This document shows, one piece after another, positions 13,601-25,990 of a DNA stretch of 64,000 bases. A program made the translations under genes and the position numbers. Origin of the DNA: Marsupella aquatica (Eukaryota > Plantae > Marchantiophyta). Positions within the stretch are counted from its first letter, which is position 1; each line of letters begins with the position of its first letter. The notes beneath the pieces were generated by a model. The model was given only the letters and a program-made list of their open reading frames with translations, searched no databases and had not been told where the DNA came from. The stretch lies in NCBI GenBank assembly GCA_973895155.1, contig OZ316895.1, positions 10,900,184 through 10,964,183 of the forward strand, written 5' to 3'.

Positions 13601-15463
13601 TTGTCTGGTTGTGATAGGCAGCTGCATCTCAGGATAATGGCACCCGCATTCTCTTCCGGTTTGATAAGGCTGCTTTCGAATTCAAGTTTCTTCCGTTCAA
13701 GGTTCCCTACCCAGTGCCGTTCCGGCTTCTAGGAGATGAAGCCAAGGGATGGCTGGACACCACGTATCTATCACCATCAGGGAACGTTCGAATTTCAAGA
13801 GGCAATAAAGTATGCACCTCGTCTGTGCACGTAGAGATTTTTACTGCGGCAATTGGTTTTCAAACACTAATGTAACCCGCTTTGGGCATATCCTCCTGTA
13901 GTGACGGAGAGTTTAGGGTTCAACCTGGAGAGTTAACGGAGACCTATTTGTTGATAAGGAGTGCAGGGAACCACCTTCGTACTACAGAAGAATTTAGGGC
14001 CTCGTCAGCAGCTTCTTCAAGCCATTCGATCAGGGAATGAAGTTGAGAAGGTAAGGCTGTATGTGTCTAGTGTCACAATGAAGTAATGTAAGATGTGGAC
14101 CATACAGCCTCTCGTAAAATTTATAAGAATTTTGCCGTGTACCATTGTGTGAAAGTATCTGGAAAGTTTACAGTTTATTTCTACATGCATAAATCGGGAA
14201 TAAGTGTTAAGCCGCACGCCTAATTTTGAATCAATACAATGCAGGCGATCCAAGACATTGTTGCACTGAATCCATGCAAGAATCCTACCGAATTTGACGG
14301 TCTTATAGGAACTTGGCGACTTTTATGGAGCTCACAGGTATGACTGAGACTACATTCTTTTGAATCCCTCTGGGAAATGAGCAGCCACCCTTTGTTGCGA
14401 AAATTATGTTCCATGCATTGTGCAGTGGTTGCTGAACTCTGCTGACATTTGCTTATCACAGGCAGAGAATGCAAATTGGATACAGAAGTCCTCGGCAAAC
14501 CTCAGCAACTGGCAAGTATGTAGTTCTCAACTGAAAATCCAAGTTGAGAACAGTATGAAGTATCGTCTGTCATGACTCTTCGAAAAGTATTGCTGTGGCA
14601 ATGCCATAATGCTCGAAATGCTCACTGGGTTCTTCAGAACTTTAGTGAAGCTGGAAAATTTCACCACTCCCCTTGAAATTCCTAAGGCTGCAGGGTTTTT
14701 ATATACATGCTGCGTGTTGCCCTTTCAGATCTATGCTGATAATGAAAGACTACAGAACTTGGTGGAATTTCTTCCCGGGTTGAAACTCAGAGCAGGAGCC
14801 CAAACGTCGTATGTATTGACAAAATTTACTTCCGTTTCGAAGTTTCTTGGGTTATTTTCAGCAAGCAAATATCCATCTTTCTCTGGGTGTTCCAAATCTT
14901 AGCATCTCCGGGTTTAAGGCAATTGATGTGTCTAATGAATGAACTTGCATATCTTAACTCATTAAACGTTATGCAGATAACTATATATAGTAATGGGGCC
15001 CTGTGTTTATGAGTTCAGGGTAGCTTCCAATGAACGACAGGATGTGAAAATTGAAGGGGCAACTCTAGAGCTTGGGCCACTTCGTATTCCTGTCAAGATT
15101 ACAGGAGAAGGATTTGTGGACATTTTGTACGTTCCTGTCCAGTCGTAATCAAGATTCTGAAAGTTTTTCTTTCTCTTAGATTTCACCTAGACGATCACCA
15201 AAGAACAAAACTAAACTTGTAATGACTTCCAGTCTAATTTTATGATTAGTCCCACTCTTTGGCTACCTTTCTTCTTCTTTCTATTTCTATTGTTTTCTTG
15301 TTGTACTTCGTCCTGTGTCCCAATTGTGGGTATATAAAAATCATTTCATTCATTAGCTAGTTCACGATGGCTTTGTTGCAGGTATTTGGACAGCAAGCTT
15401 AAGATAAGTCGGGGAAACAAAGGGAGTCTTTTTGTGCATATTCGAGATCCCGAGCCTAGGTAG
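10630..15463 (+). CDS. FBN10: Plastid-lipid-associated protein 12 / fibrillin 10 (two PAP_fibrillin domains)
   Basis: 11 phase-consistent GT-AG exons: 10630-11055, 12451-12504, 12633-12707, 12889-13011, 13618-13809, 13967-14050, 14245-14337, 14462-14515, 14729-14808, 15019-15126, 15382-15463 (TAG). Motifs LIEGRWQLMFTTRPGTASPIQRTF and FLPFKVPYPVPFRLLGDEAKGWLDTTYLSPSGNVRISRGNKGTTFVLQK match recalled PAP12/FBN10. Confidence 0.95.
11672..12196 (-). CDS. Candidate terminal exon of a nested antisense gene (Ser-rich, Lys-rich tail; unknown protein)
   Basis: ~175-codon open frame inside FBN10 intron 1, with an in-frame AG acceptor at 12197-12198. No recognised domain. Confidence 0.4.
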   Translation of the reverse strand, partial: LRLKDTEQVRIASSRRKQALEAVKGRHSVGMGGMEPIALKGLQLLQRGRRNRNRSSPVRRCGVQRTQQEEDTIFTRDTDHFSLSSSVNMSISSSASCSPLSSSSVSAHPLRRLRAKIGRWTSFKKSASSKSRKEPENGDAASPAPKGGKKKDENGQRNKTMKKSTSSDEEKKGA

Positions 15464-17797
15464 AAATTGGCGTGGATTCGAAATTGAAAAGTACCTCGAG
15501 GTTAAGCAAGCACACAGGCGAAGTTTAGTCCAGTCCTGAACCCTGCATGTTTGAGCTTGTGCATACGGCCTTACAGATTCAGAGAAGTCGTGGCTGTATG
15601 CCTCTGCTGATGGCCCGGGCTGATGGTCACTTAGCCATTCGAAAACCTTGATTTGCAGAATGTGGTTAGGAATGGCTGTTAGCGAAGTTGCCCCTTACCA
15701 TTCTAGATTTGTTTATTTGCGTTCTGTACAGAATAAACAGAAGTCCTCATTAGCTGGGAAACACAGTAGATTTCTTTGCTTTATATAAACATAAATTGAT
15801 TTGGCTTCTGGCGGGAAAGCATTGAGTTGGCTTATGTCAGAAAGTTGTGTGAAATTTCCAAAACACGTGACTAGTAGCCATGATCATCCAAACATATTCA
15901 AATGAGCTCTCTAGCAAAGCCAATGTGGGTGGGCCTGAGCCCACTTATCCAGGGGGCAATTGTTCACCCCTAATGCAATGTACTTTATAAACTGAGTATC
16001 ACCAGACTCACATTCGTGTGGGTTCACATTAGACTGGTGCGGTAGGCTTCTTGTCAACCCATAAAAAACGAGAAACGCCAAGAAAGAAAATTCCTCAGTA
16101 GAAGAGATAAAATTACATCGAATCCTTAGTACCTGGTCAAGACAAAAGTGGAGAGACGAGAAAAAATAGAGAATTTGTAAGTTGGCAATGAACTTATATC
16201 ATAGACAATTCTGTGGAGGCGAAGTAATCTAGAATTGCAAGCTTTCCTGGTTTGACATTGCTGCCGAGTAAAGCCCCGGCTGATCCGCTATGCCATGTGA
16301 GTATTCTGTGAATGGTCATTTCGCAGGTTTAGTATGTGAAGCAAAATTGTTGTTTGTTTACAATTGCCGATACTTATGTACCACGGCCCAAAGTTTTGTC
16401 AAGGACAACCGGGGTAACTTACAGCAATACTTAGAGATTGATAAGGTATTGATTGCATGGCTCCAAGAAGACTGAGCGAGGGTAAGAGAACGAAAGACGG
16501 AGTTTAACCCAGTGACTACAATGTTTTGAGCGAGGAAATTAGATGGAAATCACTCAAAAGGTCCTTTAGCCATCTCAAAGAATGAAAGAATTCCTCATAA
16601 CAGATCTCCAGAGCCCGCCGAAAAGGTACTGCGAGCAATCAATCTTCCAAACAAGGAATTAGTCAAGTGTCACTGGCAATGGAATGTGTACAACCTGCTA
16701 CTGTAGGTAGAGCACTCGCTTGCCATTGTTAGAAACTGTCGGCTGTCACAGCTGCCAAGTAGCAAGCTGGAATCATGAGTCAAGCGGATATCGAGTTCGA
16801 CCAACTTAAATGTCCTCTTTCGTTCACCAACCAATGTAAAACATCTCTTCTCCCTCAGCAATTCACGTAATTGGACATCAGCTACGCACTAGGAGATCGA
16901 AACTAACCTTCGTTTTCAAGTAGGTTCTATTCGTGCGGTTCAGCTGTAGCTCACACTGTGGTGAATACTGTCCTACGAAGTCGTTATCAAAAAACAAGTT
17001 CATATGTCAAATGAATTTCGCAAGCCATCGGAAGAAATTGGTAGCAGGTTGCTATTGGAGGTCACTTTCAGAGCGACAACGTAATTGCACTGAGGACCCA
17101 TACTGGAATAATACTGGGGAAATTGTTGGGTTTCATTATGAGCCGGTACTCTGTCCTATGAGCCCGTTAGGATGAAATCACACTCGCCAATAATCAGATA
17201 TGAGTTGACATAATCAGCAATAAGTAAGGAGAGAGTATACACCATCAATCTATAAAAGATTCGTAAAGGTAAAGGACATTGGATATGAAGGAAAATAATC
17301 AGCGATAAGTAAGTCGAGAGTACAGACAGACCATCTATCATTCGTAAGACCATAATGGTAAAGGACATAATAGAAGGTTCCCGCTTCGTGTTACAGCTGC
17401 CAGAATAATGGCAGCAACAATCTCATACAATTTACAGCTGCCAGAATAATGCGCTTCGTGTTACAGCTGCCAGAATAATGGCAGCAACATTCTCATATAA
17501 TTTACACCTTTCAGATTTGATATCTGTAACAATGAGTACATATCATTTACCATCCCCAGCCTGAAGGTCAAGCAGGCAGGAGGAAAGTACTTTGCTTGCC
17601 ATGAGATCACAAAGCTGGCAACTAAGCCTCCTCTCAACCCTCTTGGGCTCTACATGACCTAGATAATGTCCAAGGAGACACCACAAAGAGGACAAATCAG
17701 GCGGGAGGGAAAAATGAGTGCAAATTCGGCTTGCCATGAGTTTACAAAGCTAGCATCTAAGCTACATAATAATTGTCCAAGGAGAAGCCACTAAGGT

Positions 17798-18029
17798 GAC
17801 AGATATTGCGACTGGATTTGTCTGACAATATTATCCGTCGAAGCACTAGTAACCAGAGTAAATTGCTGTGCGCTGCACTAATCATCGTGATCGTTAGCTA
17901 CTAGCTAATCAAGGGGACAGATATTGCGACTGGATTTGTCTGACAATATTATCCGTCGAAGCAATAGTAACCAGAGTAAATTGCTGTGCGCTGCACTAAT
18001 CATCGTTCTCGTTAGCTACTAGCTAATCA
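17798..18029. repeat. Near-perfect 117-bp tandem duplication downstream of GH32-1
   Basis: gacagatattgcgactggatttgtctgacaat...gctactagctaatca occurs twice. Smaller duplications at 17382-17490. Confidence 0.9.
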
Positions 18030-18504
18030 TGTATGCAACAATGGTTCTAAACAAATATTTTCGACCAATGGCTGGAACTGTCAAATTGAATCGTAGATTG
18101 ATAAGGTTCTTTAACGGTCTAGAGGCCTACAATTTATCGTCCAGATTTGCCTCCACACACGCCGCACGTATGTACAAACAGTGAGAAACGCGCATATATG
18201 TACAAAAAGTGTTGAGATGAGTAGTCTTCCCATCGATTCCTCTTCCCCTGTTCCAGTGACTAGCATTCGTAGGAAAGAGTCAACCATCCCATCTTGCTGC
18301 ACTTCACAATTGAAACACTGAAAAGAGTCGTTGCTTCATTGACTGACAGTTCAGTCAGTAGACCCGGAGCTAAAGATGCTGAAGCTGATAAAAAATTCAG
18401 TCACCTTAGCGAGAGCTCGTACTCGCCGATAATTATATACAGTATCTTGGAAGCAGTAATGCGCATTTCAAATCGTGCTTGGGGACAATTGGCATGAGTG
18501 GGTA

Positions 18505-21500
18505 CTAAATGCTGATCATATGTACATCGGTCATTTGGTACACATCCAAGTTTTTGACATGGATGGGAGTACTTCCGTTGTTGAAGAGGAAGAGATGCGA
18601 ATTCTCGTCGAGAGCTGCGGTGGGATAAACCCTCGATGTCACTGCCTGCCTGCCGCCTTGCACAAAGGTCTCCACGATGGAGTGATCCACCTGCATTTGA
18701 AAAACAAACCCATCAATGAGTGACGAATTCAGCATGTCTCAGACAGAAAGCAGCAGTGTCACTATCGTTTGCAAAAATGATAGGAGTTGAAAACAGAGGA
18801 TGTGGAATTATCCGAAATGAGAGTTACTGTTAAAGCACCTTTGAGTAGATTGCACTCTGAAATAGCGTTACATACCAGAACACGCATGGTCAAATAGTTT
18901 TCAGTTGGCAAAACGGTGACGTAGCTGCCATAAACAGTTTTGTCGAGGTCCTTCGCCAGAGATGATCTGCTCTGGTCACTGCACACACGGGTAGACCACT
19001 GCCCGTTCTCCTGCGAAGCGATGTAGAAGAAAACTGCGGTCTGCTCAGTTTGAGCATCGTCGGTGTGGACGAGAAGTCCGAACGGGCCAAAAATGCCCTT
19101 GTGTGCCGACCCTCCTTGACTACAATCGAAACCCTCGGGATTCACATTTCCAATGGTAGAAAGGTCTGGCTTTTCGAAAGTGATTTCAACATCCAGCTGC
19201 ATAACAGGACCAAAAGATCTTATTAATATTAACAACTTCCGTCTGTTGAGCTACCAGGTTATCACTACAACATTTCCAAAACATATAGTTGATATTGTTT
19301 CTACCGTAATAACAGGCACATTCACCCCTTCACTAAACACTGTCCGCTGTGAGAAAGAAATAACAATTGTTACAGAGGACAGTGTTATCACCTGAGATCC
19401 ATCACCTCCTGCAATTTTAAGGACATCTCCATCGTTAAGGGTAATGTCTTCGTAGCTAGCCTTGGCACCGCGCAAGCTATTCACCTCCTCCACTGGCCAT
19501 GTCAGCAAATTCTTTTGGGTCTTGTCGTCCAACCAAATCGTCCTTGGAATTGCCTGTTTCCATACGCTCAGCGTTAGCACACAACATAAAACGTGGCTAA
19601 TATCAAACGATCATCTCGCCTTGCAACTCTAGAAACGAGTTCCACATTTTCAAGGTATTGTCTGGATACACAAGTAGCTGTCGAAATACAAAAGATGGGC
19701 GAAAGACATCAGCTTTTGCTCAAGATTTGAAAGAGAAGCTGATACCGTACCTGAACGGAAGCCCATCCCTTGATGATGTCGTCTTGTTGAGTATCAGACT
19801 CATTGACCCAGCTCCACAATATGCGTCTGCCGGTGCTGGCGTCGTAGAAACTCTTGGAGGCATAGAATTTTCCGTAATCGTATCGGTAGCCCTTGCCAAG
19901 GTCTAGAGCAGGGTCATCAACAGTAAACTCGTGGGTCACCGTGGAATAAGTGCCGATCGTGTAATAATCTTGAGCTATCGTATCCAAACTGGCCTTCAAC
20001 ACGTACTTGTACGAGTCCAAGTAGTTTTCTGGTCCCAATTTTGGCTGACCAAGTTTCTGAATTGATTCCTTCGGTTTGTAACTGACAGGGAAGAGGTCCA
20101 CACACTCCCACATCCCTGAGCCGGCAACCTGGTGCAAATAGTTGGGAGCCAAATCCCACTTGGAGAAATCGCTACTGGAATACAAAAGAGACATTCCATC
20201 CTTAGTTCCATCTGCATTATCCAACTTCGTTCCAATAATCAGCCTCCACAAACCATCATCCTCCAACCAGGCAGTCGTGGGGTCTCTGAAATCATCCTTC
20301 TTGTAGCCCACAGGGGGTTCCATGATCGGATTGGTCTCTGCCTTCCTCCATTTCCGAAGCAATGGGTCTGAGGGATCTACTGGGTACGCCACAGCTTGTG
20401 ACTGGATAATCACGCCATTCTCAGTTCGTCCACCAGTGTAAAGGATCACCGGAGTTCCATCTTTCAGGATTGTTGCAGAGCCAGACCACACACCATCTAT
20501 GTCATACCACTGGTCGGGATACAACGCCACTTCGAGGTACATCCAGTGAATCAAATCTGTCGACACAGCATGGCCCCAGGAGATGTTGCCCCAGACGGCA
20601 GCGTTGGGGTTGTACTGGTAGAAGAAATGATAGAAGCCTCCATAGTACATAGGAGCTGCAAATTCCGAGAAGTCAAGATTAGAACTTGACACTTTGCGCA
20701 CAGTTGATGATGCCCATTGCTTAAGCTTAACCCAATGCACAACTACGACACAGCAAGTTTCCTCGAGGTCACTGGTGACTACATGACTTTCGAAAGAGAT
20801 CGATGAGACGTGTGATGAAAAACTGTCTTGGAGGCAACGAATCGCGGAAATCCTGCAAGACTAACCATCGCACTGGGACCACTGACTGCCTAGAAAGCCC
20901 ATCGGGTGTCACGATTAGGAATCTGTAGGAACTGTGATCGCAAAGCGAAACTGTGACGAATGAGAATGATTGAGAAGTTTGGCAGCTTGCCGCACAAAAC
21001 TTTCATCCAAAGGTCAATATGGTTTTACCACTGAGAGGCGTGGGCCCAGAGTAACATAGAGAGGTGAAAACGAGGTCTGGGTAAGCAACGAAGAAAACCG
21101 ACTCTGTTGCGCAACTGACAGGAGAGATTAATTGACCAGAAAGACCGTCACTTCATGCAAAGAAGGACACAGATATCGTTTTAGAGGCTCACCATTGGGA
21201 TCTGTCGACAGAAGCAAAGGGCAACGCGAATCCCGCCATACACATGACAGAAGCCAAACAACAAGATAAACATCCATCAGCTAAATAATCTCTGCTGTAC
21301 TCCATTCTATTGATATTACAAAGTCGTGACAGAGCAGAAACAAAGTCGTGACAGAGCAGTAACAAAGTCAGAAACGCCAATTGCACATCGGGCCGCCAAC
21401 TAAAAACTAAACTGCGGATTATAATCATTGAAAGCGAATTGCAGCCTGTTCCCAGAATTTGGGGATCGAGTCAGATATGGAATGTGGCCTTACCGTTCAT

Positions 21501-21896
21501 CCAGTTCCGGTCGGGCTGGAAGTGGAAAGTCGTTTTGGAAGCTTTGTAAAAATGATCAAATTCGCCTCCGTTCACAGCACCATCCTCCACTCTCCATGCT
21601 GATTTCTCCACCTGAATCTGGGGGTCTCCTCCATCGGAAGAACCCTGCAGGCTCGAATTGTATGATACCACTGCTCCACCCACGAACAGGATGGCGGCAA
21701 TGCAGCAAATCGAGACCGCCAGAACGGCAGTCCAAGCTTTACTCTTTCGCTGCGAAGGGGCGCCATCCTCATTGGAAGCATTTGCGGGTACAGCAACGTA
21801 GTCCTCATTTACCCGTGAGATCCTGGAGCTCACTCCGCACTCGATGTCGTGCAGTTGTTCGACTAACAAGGGCGCTTCTATGTCAGAATTCTCCAT
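18505..21896 (-). CDS. GH32 vacuolar-type acid beta-fructofuranosidase/invertase-like, copy 1
   Basis: Exons 21896-21494, 9-nt mini-exon 21201-21193 (ATCCCAATG), 20655-19751, 19553-19392, 19196-18876, 18690-18505. Motifs WMNDPNAP, WGN, WSGSAT, FRDP, WECVD. N-terminus has DIEAPLL and YVAV sorting-like motifs plus one TM helix. Confidence 0.96.
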
Positions 21897-22160
21897 TGTC
21901 TGTTATCTGAATTGACCAATGATTGAAGAATGGGGCAATTGGCTAAAACCACCTCTCCTATTGTCGAGCAGGCTGTGTTCCTCCGTCACGGATGCGTTCT
22001 GCCCGCTTAGATTGCGGTACACGTTGTCGTCTACCTCCCCCTCACAGCTTACAATCAACAACAACTCCTGTATCACCTGGGGACCGACAATTACAACTGT
22101 CAAAGAAAAGCAGATCAAACTCCCACTCCCACCACGATTGTTCACGCTGATTGATTGCTG

Positions 22161-22333
22161 CTGGAACTGAGCTGCCTTCAATCGATCGACCGATGATCAC
22201 GACTATCTAACTCTCTCAAGTGAGACGGCTGGAAGGAAGGCCTGTTGGAACTGAACTGCCTTCACTCGATTGCTTCCTGGGCCACCGATGATCAGTGCTA
22301 ACTAACTCTCAAGTGGGAAGGCTGGAAGGAAGG
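22161..22333. repeat. ~85-bp imperfect tandem duplication upstream of GH32-1
   Basis: tggaactga.ctgccttca.tcgat...ccgatgatca...taactctc.caagtg...ggctggaaggaagg occurs twice. Confidence 0.65.
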
Positions 22334-24979
22334 GCTGCTTAGCTTGGCTGCTTGTGCTGCTGAACACGCTTCTCTCCCAGGATTGCTCTCCCACACTTCG
22401 GTCGTGGAAACTGTGCCGGACTGCTGGGAATTTATGCAGCCAGGACGTGGAGATGGGTCCGTGAAGAAATTGAGTAAGGAAGAATAAAATAGTAGAGCGC
22501 AGCCACCTGTGACGGTCACATAATAGATGACAGCGGCAGAGACCTATCATGATAGGATGGCAACCTCAACCTACACAGCCAATAGTCTCTCTGACTCGGA
22601 CAATCTATCCATCTACGCAGTCTGTCTCTCTCTCTGTCTTTGGGAGGAAGACGGATGCCTACGCAGCCAAAGGGTTCTGTGATTTGAACAATCTATCCAT
22701 CTTCGCTCTCTCTTTGGGAGGAAGAGGAATCGGCACACTCCAGATTCCCCTCCCTAATCGGGTCCGTGTTTTGCTCTCTGCAGTCTCTTGCATCACCACC
22801 ACGCGACACGATTGCTGATTGGCCGCTTCATTTCTGCCTGGAAGCTACACTCAGGCTCTCGTTTCATGTGGATTACAAGATGGACCGTCTCCTTTTTCAA
22901 AGATTCTTCAGCTAAGACGCTGCTCTCATGTGATCATGCTGCCCTTTTGTGCTTCCGATACTTTCGGGAAAAATATATGATGTAGCGCTTTTATGATCAG
23001 ACAATAATGTGACACAAAATCTTGGTCTGTACTTTCCAACTACCAGAGAGTTTGTAAGTTGTAACAAGTGAATGGTTTTTTTGTTTTGTTTTTCCCACAT
23101 GCAAAGGTGGGGGGACCTGCAAGGCCTGAAACTTTCCAGTCCTTGCCCTTGGGACCCCCACAAAATATGCCATTGGGCCCGGGTCATAAGGGGTTACTGG
23201 TCCTTGCCATTGGGACCCCACAAAATATGTCATGCGCATAAGGGGGTACTGCCGGAAACACCTTGTTCATTCACATCCTCACATGACTCAAGTTAAGGGT
23301 AATTTGTTTAAAGACACTTCACATGCAAAGGGTCTTCAAACTATGGACCAATCAGGTGAACCTTTGGAATGAGTGAGATTTTCATGCCTCACGCCCCTCC
23401 ACCTCCCTCCTCAGCCAGTCCTCATTGCAATACTTGTGGGGTTAAAAGGCCTGAAACTTTAGAGTTCCAATCCTTTGAAATCAGATACAACGGACAAAAT
23501 GGACAAGAAATGACAAAATTAAAATAGAGATAGAAAAGAACTTTGCACCTCACACGGAGCATGGGACAAGAGAATCTACATACATAAATTTAGGGAGTGC
23601 AATAAATTTAGGGAGTGCAAAAGGGCCCATTTTCGAAAGACCTGACACACTACAGTAGTACCCTGCCTAAATCTGCTTGAGGAGAACCACATGAGCTTCT
23701 GCCCCCAAGAAATCATACTTTGAGGAACAGATGCCTTCCGCACAATATTAACACTTTGAATCCTAGGTGCCGCTAAGAGCTCTGTGTCGGAGAACAAAAA
23801 AAGACTACTGCAATTTTCTTGGAAGGGGGCCTTCAAACCCATTTGGCTGTAATTCTTTTCCTTCATGTCTGAGATGCAATCCTACCTGTTCAAACCTTGG
23901 AACAGGCTAGACTTCACTTTACATGTTGGGGCACAATCAGATAAAATTATTATCTATCCTAATCATGTGCTCTTTTTTGCTGATTGTCCATGTTATTTAA
24001 TAAAAACCTTAGGGGGGGGGGGGGGCCGCACAGTTGTGATTTTTTTTACCAAAGTCAACTGGAGGGCCACTTATTGTATATACAGACTCCATACCAAAGA
24101 TCTGTTGAAATGAACTTCAACAATTATGGAAATCCCCTGAATGAGGGAGTCAAAGTTTGGAAAATGATTGGAAACAACCTGAAGGTGGTCTAAACTTTTA
24201 GACAAAATTAGCATTCCATATGAACATTTACTTGGGCCCATTGGTTGCCATGTGCTATTGGGAGAAATCAAACCTCAATGGCCTCCCAAGTTCATGTAAA
24301 ACCAACTCCAACAGTTTTCACTCATTACACAATCTAGCTTCAATTTTAGTCTCACTCAATAAACAGTAGATCTAATCTTAGATAGAATTTGAATTAAAGA
24401 AAAGAAAAGAAAAGAAAAGAAAAGAAGTGACCCATGTCTTATGAAGCCCTTAACCCTTAGACCATCTCTTGAGATGGTCTAAAGAATGGACCAATCAGTC
24501 CATCCATGTCTATTCGAGGTCTTGAATTTCCAACCTTCCACGATTTGGCTGCAGCATTTTTAAATTTAGTGCATGCCATGCAAAGTAAGCTGGCTCCCTT
24601 TGCTTGGATGGAAAGACACCGAAAAGGGCCCCACGGTCTTCAAAGGCTCCCCTCAATGCAGGACGTGCTATGGGTGTGGGATTGGCTCTCATGGCAGTGG
24701 ATTGGTTTACGACTAACTTTGATGTAAACTTACACATGACTGTGTCAAACGTCATGGAACATCGGTACTGGCCCGTCGTCATCTTGCCGGGAGCCACACC
24801 GCCATCAGCGAATTGTCCCGAACGACCAGTTCACGGCACCGGGATCCCCCACCCGTCTAGATATTGCATCACACCCTCAGCCGTCTATTCACGCGCTCCA
24901 CAAGGGGTGGGCGGGACTGCAGTTTTAATTAACCCGTCACAACCTTTGACTGGGCCCGTACTCCGTAGCTCGGCGGGAG

Positions 24980-25990
24980 GGAGACGGACACCTGGCTAAA
25001 ATGACCTCCGCGAGGTTCCGGGACTTCGTGTGGCGGTTAGTCTAGAATAACTACCCACTACTGTGTCGCAGTAGACTGCCGGAGCTTTTCCGCCGTAGCC
25101 CGCGCACTACTCAGAGAAAGCAAGACGACGAAAAATGTTGTAGTGTCAACCTGGGGCATCAACACCTGTACGCGCCGCGGGCCTACGCCGTGCTACGATG
25201 TAGAGTACAGTCAACCGCTAGGCCGTACCAGTGACTCCCTCGACACCGGGGATTGGGTTTCATCTTGTGTGGTAGGGACGCATGCAGTTATTAAGGGCCC
25301 CCCATAATGTTAATCTAATCCAAATCAACCATTAATTTCACAGAATATTTGAGCATCAGCTAATCCGGATCGTTCGTATCAATATCGACGGCGAATGTAT
25401 GCATGCAGAGTTCGTAATCTAGTTCATTCAATTACTGTGAATAAGAACTGTGAGTTTACACTGGAGCGACGGGCTCCTAGGGTTTGTTATAATTGTGTAC
25501 TTTATCTCTTAACTACGATCTGGGCCAGTAGGGCGAGAGATGGACACCTGGCTAGCACGACCACCGTGCAGTACCGGAACATCCTGTGGCATTTATTCCA
25601 CGATAACTGTACACTAATAAGTCGCAGTAGACTGCATTACAGTAGGTCTTTCTTGTAGCCTGGATTGGCGAAAATCAGCGCACAAGACAACAAAGCTTGA
25701 GTGTCACTCTCTGCCATTGACACCTGTAAACGCAGCGCGCCTATGCCTCACTCTACAAACAAAAGAGTACAGTTGTTTCGTTGATGCATGCAATTATTAC
25801 TTAAGGGGCTGGTTATCCAATACGCCACTTATTTTCACAGAATATTAGAGTTTCAACTAATCTGAATATGTATGCAGTCCAGAGTATGATATTCTAGCTC
25901 ATTAAGTTCTGGAACTAAGAAATGGGGTTTTACTGTGGAGGGGCGAACTGTGTTTACCTGGCTTTGCTTTAATTATCTAGTGATCTATCT
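24980..25990. repeat. Diverged ~550-bp tandem duplication of a CpG-containing non-coding module
   Basis: Collinear blocks ggacacctggcta, gtcgcagtagactgc, acacctgta, agagtacagt, tttcacagaatatt, atgtatgca in both 24980-25520 and 25535-25990. Confidence 0.7.

Noticed and set aside
23656-23667. agtaccctgcc matching the tRNA-Gly anticodon arm
   Set aside because: About 11 bp, compatible with chance.
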